Source: Octopus vulgaris (taxonomy: Eukaryota). From it: 64,000 bases of DNA. The position numbers and the translations under genes are program-made. The DNA lies in assembly GCA_951406725.2 (NCBI GenBank), contig OX597833.1:45880001-45944000 (forward strand). The letters run 5' to 3'. Position 1 is the first letter of the stretch, and the number at the start of each line of letters is the position of its first letter. Shown one piece after another: positions 12,150 through 26,911 of this stretch. Under the pieces are notes generated by a model. It did not search any database, had not been told where the DNA came from, and worked only from the letters and a program-made list of their open reading frames with translations.

Positions 12150-14120
12150 GTACAAACACAAACACAAAGACACATACACATAGGTACATACATTACACTT
12201 GTACACACACACACTTACATTCATACACACACACCTACACAGCCATACCTTCACTCATACATACACCCATACCTACACACACACACAAACACTCACAGAC
12301 ACACACCCATACATACATACACCAATACACACACGCCTACACACATACATACACACATACATAAACACACACACATACATATACACATACATACGCACAC
12401 ACACATATACTTACACACATGCACACACACACACATACATACATACATACACCCACACACATACACACACACATACTTACATACTCCTATACGCACATAC
12501 ATACACACAGACATACACACATACACACTCACACATACATACACACACACATACTTACACACACACTCGCCTGCACGCGCACACACATGCATGACAAACA
12601 CACATACACACACACGCACACGCACACACGCACACATACACGCACACACACACCTACACTCCCACACACATACATACGCACCAACATACACACACACACG
12701 CATACACACGCACATACACGCATACATACATATATTACATACGTACACACACACCTACATACACATGCATACACACACACACACAAACACACACGGACAC
12801 ACCCATACATACATACATACATACATACACCTATACACACACGCCTACACACCTACATACACACACATGCATACACACACATACACGGACACACCCATAC
12901 ATACTTACATACATACACCTATACACACACGCCTACACACCTACATACACACACATGCATACACACACACACATGTACGCACATACACACACATATACGC
13001 ACATACATATATACCTACACACATGCACACACACACACACACACACATACGCACATGCATGCATGCATGCACATGCGCACACCTACACGCATGTACGCAT
13101 ACATGCATACATGCATACACACACACACACACACGCACGTACACATACATACACACACACACATACATACACCCATACACATACATGCATCCTACACACA
13201 CAGACATACACACTCACACATACATACACACACACACACACACTCACTCACACACCTGCATGTACGCGCACACACATGCACATACACACACTTCCACACA
13301 CACACACGTACATACATACACACTCATACACATACACACACACACACACACACGGACATACATCTATACACACACATATACACACACATACTTACATACA
13401 TTCATCGGACACACTGACACCCAGACTTACACACAGACACACTCACACATCCACACACATACATACTTACACACACACTCGCAGGCGCGCGCACATACAC
13501 GCGTGTGCACGTTCGCGCACGCATACACGCATGCATGCACCATGCTCGTGGGTACCGACTAGATCTCCTGTACGTATCTGGGGCCGGCGCGTGTCTTTGG
13601 GTTCTCCCACGCCTGTCGCCGCGGGACCACTATTCCATCTTCCCCTCCCCCCCCCCTCCGCTGCAGTTTTTTTTTCCTTAACCCCCCCCCTCTTTGTACA
13701 CACACGCACACACATACACACACCCACTTACACACACACATTTGCATATATATATACATTACACTTACACACACTTCAAATTTACTTGCCATACACACAA
13801 CTACGCACACTGGACACACACACACTACCACTCAACACACACACTGGCACGAGACTTGCTATGTCATCCGTTCGCCCTGCACGCACTAACATATACATAT
13901 TTTTTGTTTTTTTTATCTCGCCTCACACACACATACACACACGCACACACTCACACATACATACACACGCACACACACATACCTCCCTGTTTCTGATCTG
14001 CCTTTCTGACTTGCTAGGGTATCCCCACATCACTCCTTTAATTCTACTTCTGCCTGCTACTAGCCACTGTCCACCATACACACACATACACACACACGCA
14101 CACACTCACACACACACCCT
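12150..14120. repeat. About 2 kb degenerate (CA)/(CATA)-rich compound satellite with a GC-rich island at 13540-13700
   Basis: Direct reading; source of the long His/Thr and Cys/Val ORFs. Confidence 0.92.
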
Positions 14121-14149
14121 CGTCATCTCGCACACCTTTTTTACCATTC

Positions 14150-14386
14150 CCATTTTCCACCTTTTTTACCACTTCCGTCTTTTTAGTATGTGACCTCGTG
14201 AAGACTACCTGCAATTTTTTTCCTCTGTCCTCCCGTCTCGGGATCTTTCTTTCTCCTATGTTTCCGACGAAGAGCTCCGCTCGAAACGTCATACCCTCCT
14301 TCTTCCATTTTCCTGATCGCCTAATAATAATAATACTGTAATTGTTCCACGTGTTGTTGTTGTTTCTGTTTTCCCGTTTGGATAAA

Positions 14387-14390
<4 letters not shown>
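14150..14390 (+). mobile_element. Penelope-like terminal repeat ending in (TA)n
   Basis: Homologous to 63137-63330 (-) and 62945-63015 (+); hammerhead-like CCGACGA-a-gagc..gctc-GAAAC-GTC. Confidence 0.55.
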
Positions 14391-14440
<50 letters not shown>

Positions 14441-14577
14441 TATAGAGAGAGAGATACCGGAGTAAACACATAAATGTGAAACAAGGTGGAAAAAAGAGTA
14501 CTTAAATACCAGAGGTAGAGTAATATGAAACTCCGAGTAACAGCTTTTGTTAAATTTCTGCTGCTTTTAAATAAAGT

Positions 14578-14593
14578 ATAGATAGATAGATAT

Positions 14594-14668
<75 letters not shown>
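14578..14668. repeat. (GATA)n microsatellite
   Basis: Direct reading. Confidence 0.95.
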
Positions 14669-15069
14669 TGATACGACGGCTTCCTTCAGTTTCGGTCTTT
14701 TAATTCCACCCATGAAGCTTTGGTCAGCCCGAGGCTATAGTAGAAAACACTCGCCCAAGGTGCCACGCAGTGGAATTGATCCCGGAACGATGTGGTTGGG
14801 AAGCAAGTTTCTTACCACACAGTTACGCCAGCGCCTATTTCTTTCGGTTCTTTATGTTAAGAGTTCAAATCCACCGAGGTAAACTTGTCATTCGTTCTTT
14901 GGGAGACTGCAAAATAAAATACAAGACAAGTACTACGGTCAATATCGACTACCCCCAACTCCCACCCTTCAAAAACAACTGGTCTTCTACCTAAATTACA
15001 AATTATCATTACTAATGGACGAGCAAAATATTTAGTGGCATTCCATCCGCCATATTGGTTTCAAATTTT

Positions 15070-16145
15070 AGCACATCGACCTCAGTTCTCATCTGGTACT
15101 TTTTTCATCGACCCCGAAAGAATAAAAGTCAAAGTAGACCCCGGTGGTATTGGAACTCAGAACGTATGAGGTAACGATTCTACGACCTCGCCACTGATTT
15201 CATGTTTTGGTACAAGACCAGCAATTTCGAGGAGTTTGGTCGATTACATCGACCCCAGTGTTCAACTGGTACTTATTTTATCGACCCTGGATGGATGAAA
15301 GGCAAAGTTGGCCTCAGCAGATTTTGAACTCAGAACGTAAAGGCGGGGCAAATACCTATTTCTTTACTACCCACAAGGGGCTAAACACAGAGAGGACAAA
15401 CAAGGACAGACAAACGGATTAAGTCGATTATATCGACCCAAGTGCGTAACTGGTACTTATTTAATCGACCCCGAAAGGATGAAAGGCAAAGTCGACCTCG
15501 GCGGTATTTGAACTCAGAACGTAGCGGCAGACGAAATACCTATTTCTTTACTACCCACAAGGGGCTAAACACAGAGAGGACAAACAAGGACAGACAAACG
15601 GATTAAGTCGACTACCCACAAGGGGCTAAACACAGAGGGGACAAACAAGGACAGACAAAGGGATGAAGTCAATTACATCGATCCCAGTGCATAACTGGTA
15701 CTTAATTTATCGACCCCGAAAAGATGAAAGGCAAAGTCGATCTCGGCGGAATTTGAACTGAGAACGTAACGGCAGACGAAATACGGCTACGCATTTCATC
15801 CGGCGTGCTAACGATTCTGCCAGCTCGCCACCTTTCTGACTATTTACATATTGGCTTCAGCTTCAACCGAAATCAGCTTTGCCTTTCGTTTTTTTCGTGG
15901 ACAACAGAATAAAGTAGTCGTAAAATATAAGGTGGTGAGCTGGCAGAATCATTAATAAGTCGGACAAAATGCATCGCGGCATTTCTTCCGGCTCTTTAAA
16001 ACTTTTCCTTTCATCTTTCGGGATGAACAGGCACAAGATCAGAAAAAAGCAAAGTCAACCTCGGCGGAATTTTAACTCAGAATGTAATGACGGACGAAAT
16101 GCCGCTAAGCATTCTGTCCGGCGTGCTAACGACTCTGCCAGTTAT
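15070..16145 (-). mobile_element. Cluster of tandem or nested family-3 SINE copies
   Basis: Repeated blocks ccacaaggggctaaacacagag..gacaaacaaggacagac and aggcaaagtcgacctcggcgg..tttgaactcagaacgt. Confidence 0.75.
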
Positions 16146-17663
16146 CAATATTACTTTTGTTTACTACGTGTAGTCATAGATCTAGATTCTTAATACTTCT
16201 ACTCAAGAACAGTTTGGTTTTTATTATTTGTTTTCCTTGTATATTTATGACTGTGTCTTTGGGGTGGAGATGTGAAGTAAAAAGTTCTTTTACACTTCGA
16301 GAACCTTTAATGTTTTAAACACGGTTATAAATCATCATGTCTATTTCCACCTTCTACTTCAACCTGCGGTTATAAGCGCCCACGTACACGCACACACTCA
16401 TACATACATACATAAATGCATACATACATACATTCATAAATACACACATACATACATACATACATACATACATACATACATACATACATACATACATACA
16501 TACATACATACATACATACATACATACATACATGTGACTGTACACGGATACAACCTCGAGCTAAAAGAAGCTACTACGAAATCACTTGACCTGTTAGAAA
16601 TAAAAGTCAAGTTCCTTCAAAATCGTATTTCTTTCTGTTTTAGAAAGAGAACGCTACTTTGGATATTATGATCTAAATTGCACTGCGCCTTGAAAAGAAG
16701 GAAGGGGGATCACGGCTGGAATGCATACGACCGTATGTATGCTTGATCACGGCCGACGTGAGACTAAGCAACAATAACATCATTTACAATCAGATCAACT
16801 TGATAGTGAAGTAACCCCTATGTGGTAAATCAATCTTCTTGAAATAGTAGGCAAATCTCCCCCAAATCACACTGTCGTCTTCAAAAAGAGGACACTTAGA
16901 TATTGCAATTCTAAAAACTCCACCAAAAAAACAGACTGGATAGTCATATCTGGGATGCCTTTGATTATAGTTCTTTCCTATTGAGATTGACTACGACCAG
17001 GCAAAAACCTGCGATGGTATTTGTCAAAGTGGATGCCTTTACACGGAAGATCCGATCCGAAAGAAGTAGCAGTCAAATTTTCCTCAAATGTAGGCGCAGG
17101 CATGGCTATGTGGTTAAGAAACTCGCTTTGTAACCAAGTAGTTTTAGGTTCAGTCCTACTGTGTGACGCTTTGGGCAAGTGTCTTCAATTATAGCCCCTG
17201 GGCTGACCAATGCCTTGTAAGTGTGCATGTCTGTGCACGTGTGAGTTTGTCCTTCACTATTGGTGTCTGTTTGTTTATTCCCTGTCACTTAGCAGTTCAG
17301 CAAAGTGTTTATTAGCAGAAGTACCTCACTTAAATAACAAAAATAAAGTAATTTGGACCATTTGTTCGGCTAAACCCTTCAAAGCGGTGCTCCAGCATAA
17401 CCGCAGCTCAATGACTGACACAAGTAAAAAAAAAACAAAAGATTAATTTCATCCCACTACTGGATAATGGTGCTTATCATCTTCATCGCCCCAGCACCAG
17501 GAATAGGGCTAATGTTAGGGTTTGGGTTAGATGAAAAATCGTCTTGAATAATCTAGTCTTGAACACCCAATGAAGACACCCAAATTCCGAGGGTAGAGAT
17601 TGATGCTGGAATTTGATCGTTGGTCTGCTCAATCAGCTTTGACCTGTGGCTAACCTTGGACTT

Positions 17664-17982
17664 GAAAGCACTCCGTTGGTTACGACGACGAGGGTTCCGG
17701 TTGATCCGATCAACGGAACAGCCTGCTCGTGAAATTAACGTGTAAGTGGCTGAGCACTCCACAGACACGTGTACCCTTAACGTAGTTCTCGGTGATATTC
17801 AGCGTGACACAGAGAGTGACAAGGCCGGCCCTTTGAAATACAGGTACAACAGAAACAGGAAGTAAGAGTGAGAGAAAGTTGTGGTGAAAGACTACAGCAG
17901 GGATCACCACCATCCCCTGCCGGAGCCGCGTGGAGCTTTAGGTGTTTTCGCTCAATAAACACTCACAACGCCCGGTCTGGGA
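17664..17982 (-). mobile_element. Family-1 SINE, 5'-truncated
   Basis: Nearly identical to 4766-5151; flanking direct repeat tgtggctaacc at 17645 and 17984. Confidence 0.85.
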
Positions 17983-18129
17983 GTGTGGCTAACCAACAAC
18001 TATATTAACTATGACTATAACTAAAACAACAGCATGCGATTGTAACATTTACTATATGTTTATCCTCGTTTATCACGGTTCATTCCAAAACGAAAAAAAT
18101 GCAGTGATAAATAAATCACTTCCAGGCAC

Positions 18130-18290
18130 TTCGTAAATGGAACGAATGGAAGATTCATTGACACTTAACTCACAGCCCTCAGCAGCGAAGCTTCCACCTT
18201 CATGTATTTCCTTGAGCATCTCTGCCATTTCCTGTAGAGAATACAATCGTTTGCATCGTTTGTTAGGATCAGACACCTTCATATTTTTTT
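18130..18290 (-). mobile_element. Remnant of a pogo/Tigger transposase N-terminal HTH
   Basis: KRLYSLQEMAEMLKEIHEGGS....ELSVNESSIRSI resembles the psq-type HTH of Tigger transposases. Confidence 0.55.
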
Positions 18291-19090
18291 TTCTGTTCAC
18301 TTGGTCCAATGTTGATGTATACTTGTAAATCCGTATAAAAAATACGCAGCCTCGCAGCAAAGTCATGTAAACACAATAGTCAATGCATTCTGGGTAGCTG
18401 AGCATTCTGGGTAGTCGCTAGGGTGAAGGGGTTTTTATGGTATAAGCAGAATCTTCGACGGATCACTGACCTGTGTTATTACTGATCAATCTGTGATAAG
18501 CGTTACATAGTTCACCATTGAGCATACCGTGTTATCCCGGATCAGGGTGACTGAATCAGAGATTAACGAGTCTACAGTTTATTTCTATCCTTATATTATA
18601 AATATAGTTATAAGCTTGTTATGTGAATTAGTATCTTTATAACTTGACATAAATATGTCATTATAATTTAAGGATCATTTGAAGAAATTGGGGTATGGCG
18701 TAACTGCTTTCCTTGACGTGGACATTAGCGGTGGATGTAATGAAATAAAGTTAAATTGCTTCAACTGGAAATGAGACCAGCATAGTTTGAGTCTTAGTAT
18801 GTAAGGAGCTACTGTTTGTCTTATATGATCGCGAGGGGAGACAGATTAAGTCTACCACCCGAAAAGCTGGAACGGTTCCTTTCAAAGGATTCCACGCAGT
18901 TTCCATCTACCAATTTCATTCAAAAGGTTTTGATTGACCCGAAGATGTAGTAGAAGACGCTTTCTCAAAGTGCAGCGCAGTGAGATTGAAACCGAGACCA
19001 TGTAGTTGCGAAGCAAGCGCTTTAACCATACAGCCACGCCTGCGGTCAGAAGCTTTGTAATAAGGAATATTGTTCTTCTACAAGATCAGC

Positions 19091-19267
<177 letters not shown>

Positions 19268-19932
19268 CTGTTTAGCTTCAGATGAGCCCTGAACAAATTC
19301 AACTACGACCAAAGCCAAACCTGCAGTGTCTGTCCTGTCTTTCTTGGGGTTATATAGAACTATTTTATTTAATGTGTTCTTTATATTTAAAACAAGGAAT
19401 ATGTGTGTGTGATCTGAGGGAGATTTGGCTGCCGTTTCTAATAGAGTGACGCCGTAAATGTTTCTTCACTGATCCTAGTTTTTTAGGAAATCTATGTAGT
19501 CGAATGAATCGACACCAGTGTATGACTGATAGTTATTCGATCATACTCAGGGCGATAGAAAACAAGGTTGACTACAGTAGAAGTTGACAAAATTTCTGAA
19601 AGGACTGATTTCAATTCATTTAGGTCAAATGACGACCATGATGGTCGTTTATCGTAGGCTTTGAACTCATCTACACTTGAAAAAAGTTTTTATTCGATTA
19701 ATTTTTTCTTCTTTTCTTGAGAGTAAGATAAGACGTTCATATTTCTCTCAACGACATAAAAGGCATAATTAGTGCTGCATCTCAACTTTACATTTATCAT
19801 GTGTGTTCTATAGAAAATAGTAAAGATAATGGTGTTTCCTGGACCTGGCATTCGTTCATTCGAGTAAAGTGCAGGCACAATACATCTCTAATTCTTACCA
19901 ATATAGTAAACACCGCGATTACTGACTGGTTT

Positions 19933-20188
19933 GAAATAAATGCACCCTTTTAAAGCCTACCCAGGCTCATGGGCCCGGTTTCCCAGTTTCAATGGCGTAT
20001 GTGTTCCCCAGCTGGACGGGACGCCAGTCCATCGCAGCGTTACTCATTTTTGCCAGCTGAGTGGACTGGAGCAACGTGAAATGAAGTGCTTTGCTCAAGA
20101 ACACAACGCGTCGCCCGGTCCAGGAATCGAAACCACAATCTTACGATCATGATGCTGACACTCTAACCACTAAGCCACGCGCCTCCAC
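19933..20188 (-). mobile_element. tRNA-derived SINE (family 4)
   Basis: Head gtggaggcgcgtggcttagtggttag..gtttcgattcc; 13-bp TSD tactgactggttt at 19920 and 20189. Confidence 0.85.
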
Positions 20189-23150
20189 TACTGACTGGTT
20201 TACTACATAGGAAATCGTTAGAAACTGCCTCCGTCACTTGAAGACAGTCTGAGTACATGCCTATTCCAAGCATTGGAATCTATCATGCTACTGCATTTCC
20301 GTGCTTCAGAGAGAACTTCGGAGCATCTTACACATTTTAGTGATGCTCTGTGCAGAGATTCATATAGACCATTGTATTGTATTTTGTAAACTCATTTTTC
20401 ATGCTGAAGTTTTTGAATAACCAAAAGTTGCATCGAGACCATGCAGTTAAAGTCACAACTGCACTGAGCAGGGAACATTTTCAAGTTGATAGATCGTATA
20501 CTGCTAAAGCAGCATGGCGAATTCTTCAATGGCAACCGGAGTAGAAGAGCATCAAAGAAGAGGTACCAAGAGTTTCTGAAGAAAATGTTCACTCTCAGTA
20601 CCTATTGCTATGACCATCGCCAGTGCTCTGCAAAACCAATTTGTTTTCTCTTTCAAAAAACGCGCGCTTGGGCTGACCTCGAGAACAAAACAAGAACCGT
20701 AATACAGAAGCACCGAACCCAGAACAGAATTTCCCTTGCAGCTGTTATATTGACCTTGTCAACCATTAATAATGTTGCAGTCGACGTGGACAGCCCCATT
20801 TCATCAATTTTCATTCGCGAAGCCAAACTATCATATTGTTTATGAATTGATCTTCCTTCTCCTCTTTTTACTGTTTCTGCAGTTTCCATTCTCTCTCCCC
20901 ATCTCCTCTCCTCTTTATTCATGTACTTATCTTATATTTTTGGTCAAACCGCAATCGTCTGATGATTTCAACTCCACAGATACTTTACATATTTTAATAA
21001 AAGGACATAACTAAGCCAGCAAGCTAATTTAAGATTCTGCTAATCTACTGCTCTATACAATGCTAATGATTTTGTTTTCCAATACTAATAATGTTCAAGA
21101 CAGTCACGCAAGAGAACACCTATCAAGCATACTAAAACATAAATCAAACCCATAAAGTGTTTACATCCCGTTGTTCAAAGCCTATAATTTGATCTTGTTA
21201 CGTTTCAATCTCCCTTTTACTAATAACATAAAAGTAAAAAAAACATTGTTTTGTAACTTCAAGTCAGCCCCAAATGCGACCGTTCCGTCTTTTTGTGCAT
21301 TTTCCATCCCAGACTTCATAATTAAATATTTCCTTTCTTATTAAAGGCTGTAAGTAGTGTGATTTGAGAGAATTTATGCCACCATTTCTAGCACGTTTAC
21401 GTACTTCTATGTGCGTGGACACGTTATCACAACACTTAAAGGTTGAATAGTTTTTAAATAAAATATTACAGAAATCTATAAATCGACGTTGAGAATGATC
21501 TCAGAGAAATGTTACAAAAAAATAAAATAACAGCCCCGAAAATATATTTTTCTCTTATTTTTCTTTCTCCATTTACAATATATCCCACCTATTGGTAACT
21601 AAGTTATTGAGGCTTAAAATTTAAAAATTTGCTTTGCTTAACAAACATACATTTCTTGAGAAAATACCTAAATTTCAAACTCTATTCAGCTATAAGTAAT
21701 AGAAAGTAGTAAGTGGTAGTGTTCATCCAGATGTAACAATGTAAAACTGATAAAGCTTCAGTAAATTACAATGCCACCAGTTGATATGGCATTTTCACTT
21801 ATTTTTTAAAGATAAGTAACGTTGTCTTGCAGTCATTGCTCGTAAAACACAGAAGCCCCACAGAAATCTATGAAATAAGCTATGTCAAGCTTTAGATCTC
21901 AAAGTGTTTGCTGGACGAATGACTGGTGAAATAATGGTATTAGTTACTGGGTCGTACATTAGCACTGATCAAGAATTATTATCAAAGGCCTATGAAAAGT
22001 AAACGTCCGTCTCTTTTGTAGATCTAGAATAGACATAACTTTTGGTTAAAGAGCTCACTTTGCAATCAAGTAGTTACGAATTCCATCTCCATTGCATCAC
22101 ACATTGGATGACTGTATTATATTCCAGCTGGCAAAAGCTCTACGGGTAGAAACTGATAGACTTGTCGAAGCCTGCATGCTTATTCTCTAAATAACTCTAA
22201 GAAAGTAAGCATGCAAACATAATTTGTATACTTATTTTCTTAGTAACGGTAAGCTATTTTGCATATTTACAACCAATTTAGCAGAGCTAATGCAGTGAAT
22301 GATTACTTGTGTGGAGGTTACCTTCTTAGTAGCGAGAACCTAATTTGTAAGTTTACCCTCCTTGGAAAACGAAACCAATTTGTAAACTTACCTTCTAGGT
22401 AGCGTATACTACAAGTACGTAATTACTAAGCGACCCCGTGGTAGCTTCTTAGTTGGCTCTGTATAAGGTGACTGAGTGCACCAGAAGACCCATCAGAATT
22501 TCAGTTTAAAATACAGATTTTAGTGCTATTCGTGCTGTATAAAGACTACCTGCCAATATTTCACAACGGTTGATTAAAAGTTTTGGTTTTGATTCAACGT
22601 ATGGAATTTATTTATTTATTTATTTGTTTCTGAAGACGGGTGCACAAGTTTTAACATGTTTTAAAGGTTGAACCAGAACCATAACTTGTAATCAGTTGCT
22701 ATGTAAAGATTATAAAAGTTTCTATTTGGCGGTAAGGGCGATTTTCCAATACTCACAAAGATCTTGGAGCCTGGTAGTTACTATTGAAAGCTGACTGCTC
22801 AATCAACTATCTTGACCTTTAATCGCCATTTCAATGATCATAGGATATCATAGAAGTACAAAGAACAGCTATGGCTGTTTCGTTAAAGAGTTTCTTTTAC
22901 TACCACGAAGTTTTGAATTTGATGCAAAACGGTGAGTGTCTTCTATCCCCTTGAGTGAAATTTGGTAGACGTAAACTGTCGGGGCCCGCATATTAATTCT
23001 GTATTTAATTCGGACATAATTTGCATATTTACTACTGCTAAGTAACGATATTGATTATCAAAATTTAAGCAATTCATTTTTACTGTTCGTCAGTTTTTAT
23101 AAATAGAGACTGGCAATGTCAGCTTAGTTAGTTACGTAGATTTATAATGC

Positions 23151-23550
23151 ATAGGCGCAGGAGTGGCTGTGTGGTAAGTAGCTTGCTTACCAACCACATG
23201 GTTCCGGGTTCAGTCCCACTGCGTGGCACCTTGGGCAAGTATCTTCTACTATAGCCTCGGACCGACCAAAGCCTCGTGAGTGGATTTGGTAGACGGAAAC
23301 TGAAAGAAGCCCGTCGTGTATATGTATATGTATGTGTGTGTTTGTGTGTCTGTGTTTGTCCCCCTAGCATTGTTTGACAACCGATGCTGGTGTGTTTATG
23401 TCCCCGTTACTTAGCGGTTCGGCAAAAGAGACCGATAGAATAAGTACTGGGCTTACAAAAGAATAAGTTCCGGGGTCGAGTTGCTCGATTAAAGGCGGTG
23501 CTCCAGCATGGCCGCAGTCAAAATGACTGAAACAAGGAAAAAGAAAAGAA
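23151..23550 (+). mobile_element. tRNA-derived SINE (family 2, head ataggcgcaggagtggctgtgtggtaag) with internal TA/TG tract
   Basis: A/B-box head; at least 8 near full-length copies in the window. Confidence 0.85.
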
Positions 23551-23822
23551 GAAAAAGAATATCTAATTTTAAATATAACCTTACTATTAATCCATTTAGT
23601 AAACATGCCTGTAAGTTTCAGTAGAAAATATTGAGTAATAGGAGCCTAGAAGATCTGTTTGTGTTTTACGATGTTGTCTAAAATAAGTGATTCTCTAAAT
23701 CGCAATATACTATGGTTCAATTTTTTTACTTAACATTTAAGAAAACGTCTAATTTTCCTTGTTCGGGAGACATGTGGGTTTTAAATTCCGTCCTGTACAC
23801 TAACATATACAATGACTTTGTA

Positions 23823-24207
23823 GTGGAGGCGCAATGGCCCAGTGGTTAGGGCAGCGGATTCGCGGTCGTAGGATCGCGATTTCGATTCCCAGACCGGGCG
23901 TTGTGAGTGTTTATTGAACGAAAACACCTAAAGCTCCACGAGGCTCCGGCAGGAGATGGTGGTGATCCCTGCTGTACTCTTTCACCACAACTTTCTCTCA
24001 CTCTTACTTCCTGTTTCGCTTGTACCTGTATTTCAAAGGGCCGGCCTTGTAACTCTCTGTGTCACGCTGAATATCCCCGAGAACTACGTTAAGGGTACAC
24101 GTGTCTGTGGAGTGCTCAGCCACTTACACGTTAATTTCACGAGCAGGCTGTTCCGTTGATCGGATCAACCGGAACCCTCGTCGTCGTAACCGACGGAGTG
24201 CTTCCCT
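23823..24207 (+). mobile_element. Family-1 SINE, full length
   Basis: 15-bp TSD tacaatgactttgta at 23808 and 24208. Confidence 0.9.
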
Positions 24208-24338
24208 TACAATGACTTTGTAAGAAGATTGTATATTGCAGTGCTGGCGCTGAAATAAAGTAAGTGGATTGTTCATAATTACATTATTCTGGATCATTTC
24301 TAGATCAAAATATTTTTCTAAACACACACACACATTCA

Positions 24339-24388
<50 letters not shown>

Positions 24389-24560
24389 TATACATACGAT
24401 GAGCTTCTTTCAGTTCCCGTCTATCAAATCCACTCACAACGCTTTGGTCGGTCCGAGGTTCTAGCAGAAGACACTTGCCCAAGGTGCCACACAGTGGGAC
24501 TGAACCCAAAACCATGTGATTGAGAAGCAGCTTACCATACACCCACGTCTGCACCTGCCT

Positions 24561-24640
<80 letters not shown>

Positions 24641-24769
24641 AATTATAATTAAGGGTATCTAAAAGATACCACCATGCTAGAGACAGCAATCAAAACTTCC
24701 CTCTAAAACCACATCAAATATATATGTTGTATATATATGTATGTATGTATGTATATATGTATGTATGTA

Positions 24770-24824
<55 letters not shown>

Positions 24825-25150
24825 CATCTGTGTATATTCCACTGACGAAGCAACCCGTGTTTTTATGCAGAGCTAAAAATCTAGATCTGGAATTATCTAA
24901 TCATTTTTTGCTAGTTTATTTTGTCTCTTTGTCTTTTCTCCTAGTGGTGTATGAATATTTGATGTGGGTTTAGAGTCAAGTTTTGACTGCTGTCTCTAGC
25001 ATGTTGGTATCTTTTAGATACTCTTAATTATAATTTTAATAACTATTACCTATAAGGTTTTTATTCCCATGCTACCCACTTGATATGATTGATACTTAAA
25101 AGGACGATCTTATCCTTATTTATATGAATTTATACATATATGTATGTACA

Positions 25151-25356
25151 CTTTTACTCTTTTACTTGTTTCAGTCATTTGACTGTGGCCATGCTGGAGC
25201 ACCGCCTTTAGTCGAGCTAATCGACCCCTGGACTTATTCTTTGTATGCCTAGTACTTATTCTTTCGGTCTCTTTTGCCGAACCGCTAAGTTACGGGGACG
25301 CAAACACGCCAGTATCGGTTGTCAAGCAATGCTAGGGGGACAAACACAGACACACG

Positions 25357-25414
<58 letters not shown>

Positions 25415-25588
25415 CATATATACGACGGGCTTCTTTCAGTTTCCGTCGACCAAATCCACTCACAAGGCTTTGGTCGGCCCGAGGCTATAGAAAAAGACAC
25501 TTGCCCAAGGTGCCACGCAGTGGGGCTGAACCCAGAACCATGTGGCTGGTAAGCAAGCTACTTACCACACAGCCACTCCTGCGCCTAT
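25151..25588 (-). mobile_element. Family-2 SINE
   Basis: Reverse complement of 23151-23550. Confidence 0.85.
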
Positions 25589-25879
25589 AATATTTTTTGT
25601 GGTTTGGTTAGGAAAAAGAAGCAGGACTTCCATAATCGTTGCATAAACTCTCAAAATTGTTAAGTTTTCAACAGAAGTTTGTGTTTAGTATTCTGGAGAT
25701 GAAAGACTGTGTGTAGATGTTACTGCAAAGAGGCTAAGGCACGAAGAGAATAACTAAATAACGCTAATAGCCTACTTTAATAAAGAGAGCTGGCACATCA
25801 TAACTGGTAGTGCTGTTATCCGTTGGTGAAGCTGCGTATTTTTTTACTATCTCAGGTGTTTAAAACGTCTTATATTGTA

Positions 25880-26185
25880 CTAGCAGTATCGCCCGGCGTT
25901 GCTCGGGTTTGTAAGGGAAATAACTATATAAGCATCTTTAGAGAGTTACTTCCCTAATATAAACCGAGCAAAAAATGCATAAAAAAAAACGAAAAAAATG
26001 ATGGTAATTTTTTTTTTAATCGTAGACTCATCGTAGACGCGCGCTAATACCCAGAAGGGCTCGATATGAATCACGACTATAAGATACCCGCTTTTGGTTA
26101 AACTGCACTGCAAAATGTGGGAGTAGTTAGGAATCTAAATCGGAAGAGACAGACTCTCACACAACTTCACTTTTATATATAAAGA
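25880..26185 (-). mobile_element. Non-autonomous Helitron-like element
   Basis: Reverse copy of the 7257-7652 family, with the same termini. Confidence 0.78.
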
Positions 26186-26531
26186 TATCTAGAATTGACA
26201 AAGCTGTTTCTAATAGTGCAAAGCAGTAATATTTCTTTGATGCATGAGCACACTGCTACCAAGGGAAATCTTTGATGCTTTTGAGAGTGCTTCGTAAAAA
26301 GTTGGAAAGGAAACTTGATTTCTTCGTATGGCAAAATGACTTCAACTATATTATACAAAAACAAAAGTAAAATTAATTTTTGATTTACTAAATCTCATTT
26401 TTAGTGGTCAGTTTTTGTTGCTTTTTTTTTTAATATTTACATTAACTATATATTTCGATTTGTTTGATCTCATTTGGTGTCTTGTTACTGTTTGACATGA
26501 ATGTCCTTCCCTAGAGTATTACTACCAATCT

Positions 26532-26911
26532 GTGGAGGCGCAATGGCCCAGTGGTTAGGGCAGCGGACTCGCGGTCGTAGGATCGCGGTTTCGATTCCCA
26601 GACCGGGCGTTGTGAGTGTTTATTGAGCGAAAACACCTAAAGCTCCACGAGGCTCCGGCAGGGATGGTGGTGATCCCTGCTGTAGTCTTTCACCACAACT
26701 TTCTCTCACTCTTACTTCCTGTTTCTGTTGTACCTGTATTTCAAAGGGCGCCTTGTCACTCTCTGTGTCACGCTGAATATCCCCGAGAACTACGTTAAGG
26801 GTACACGTGTCTGTGGAGTGCTCAGCCACTTACACGTTAATTTCACGAGCAGGCTGTTCCGTTGATCGGATCAACCGGAACCCTCGTCGTCGTAACCGAC
26901 GGAGTTCTTCC
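26532..26911 (+). mobile_element. Family-1 SINE, full length
   Basis: 11-bp TSD actaccaatct at 26521 and 26912. Confidence 0.9.

Noticed and set aside
12140-14193. Long His/Thr-rich and Cys/Val-rich ORFs (up to 412 aa)
   Set aside because: They are translations of a CA-rich satellite that is open in several frames on both strands; no splice or codon evidence
23823-23900. tRNA-like sequences at SINE heads (also about 5075-5151, 20115-20188, 26532-26605)
   Set aside because: They continue into SINE bodies with target-site duplications and lack a closed acceptor stem; not tRNA genes
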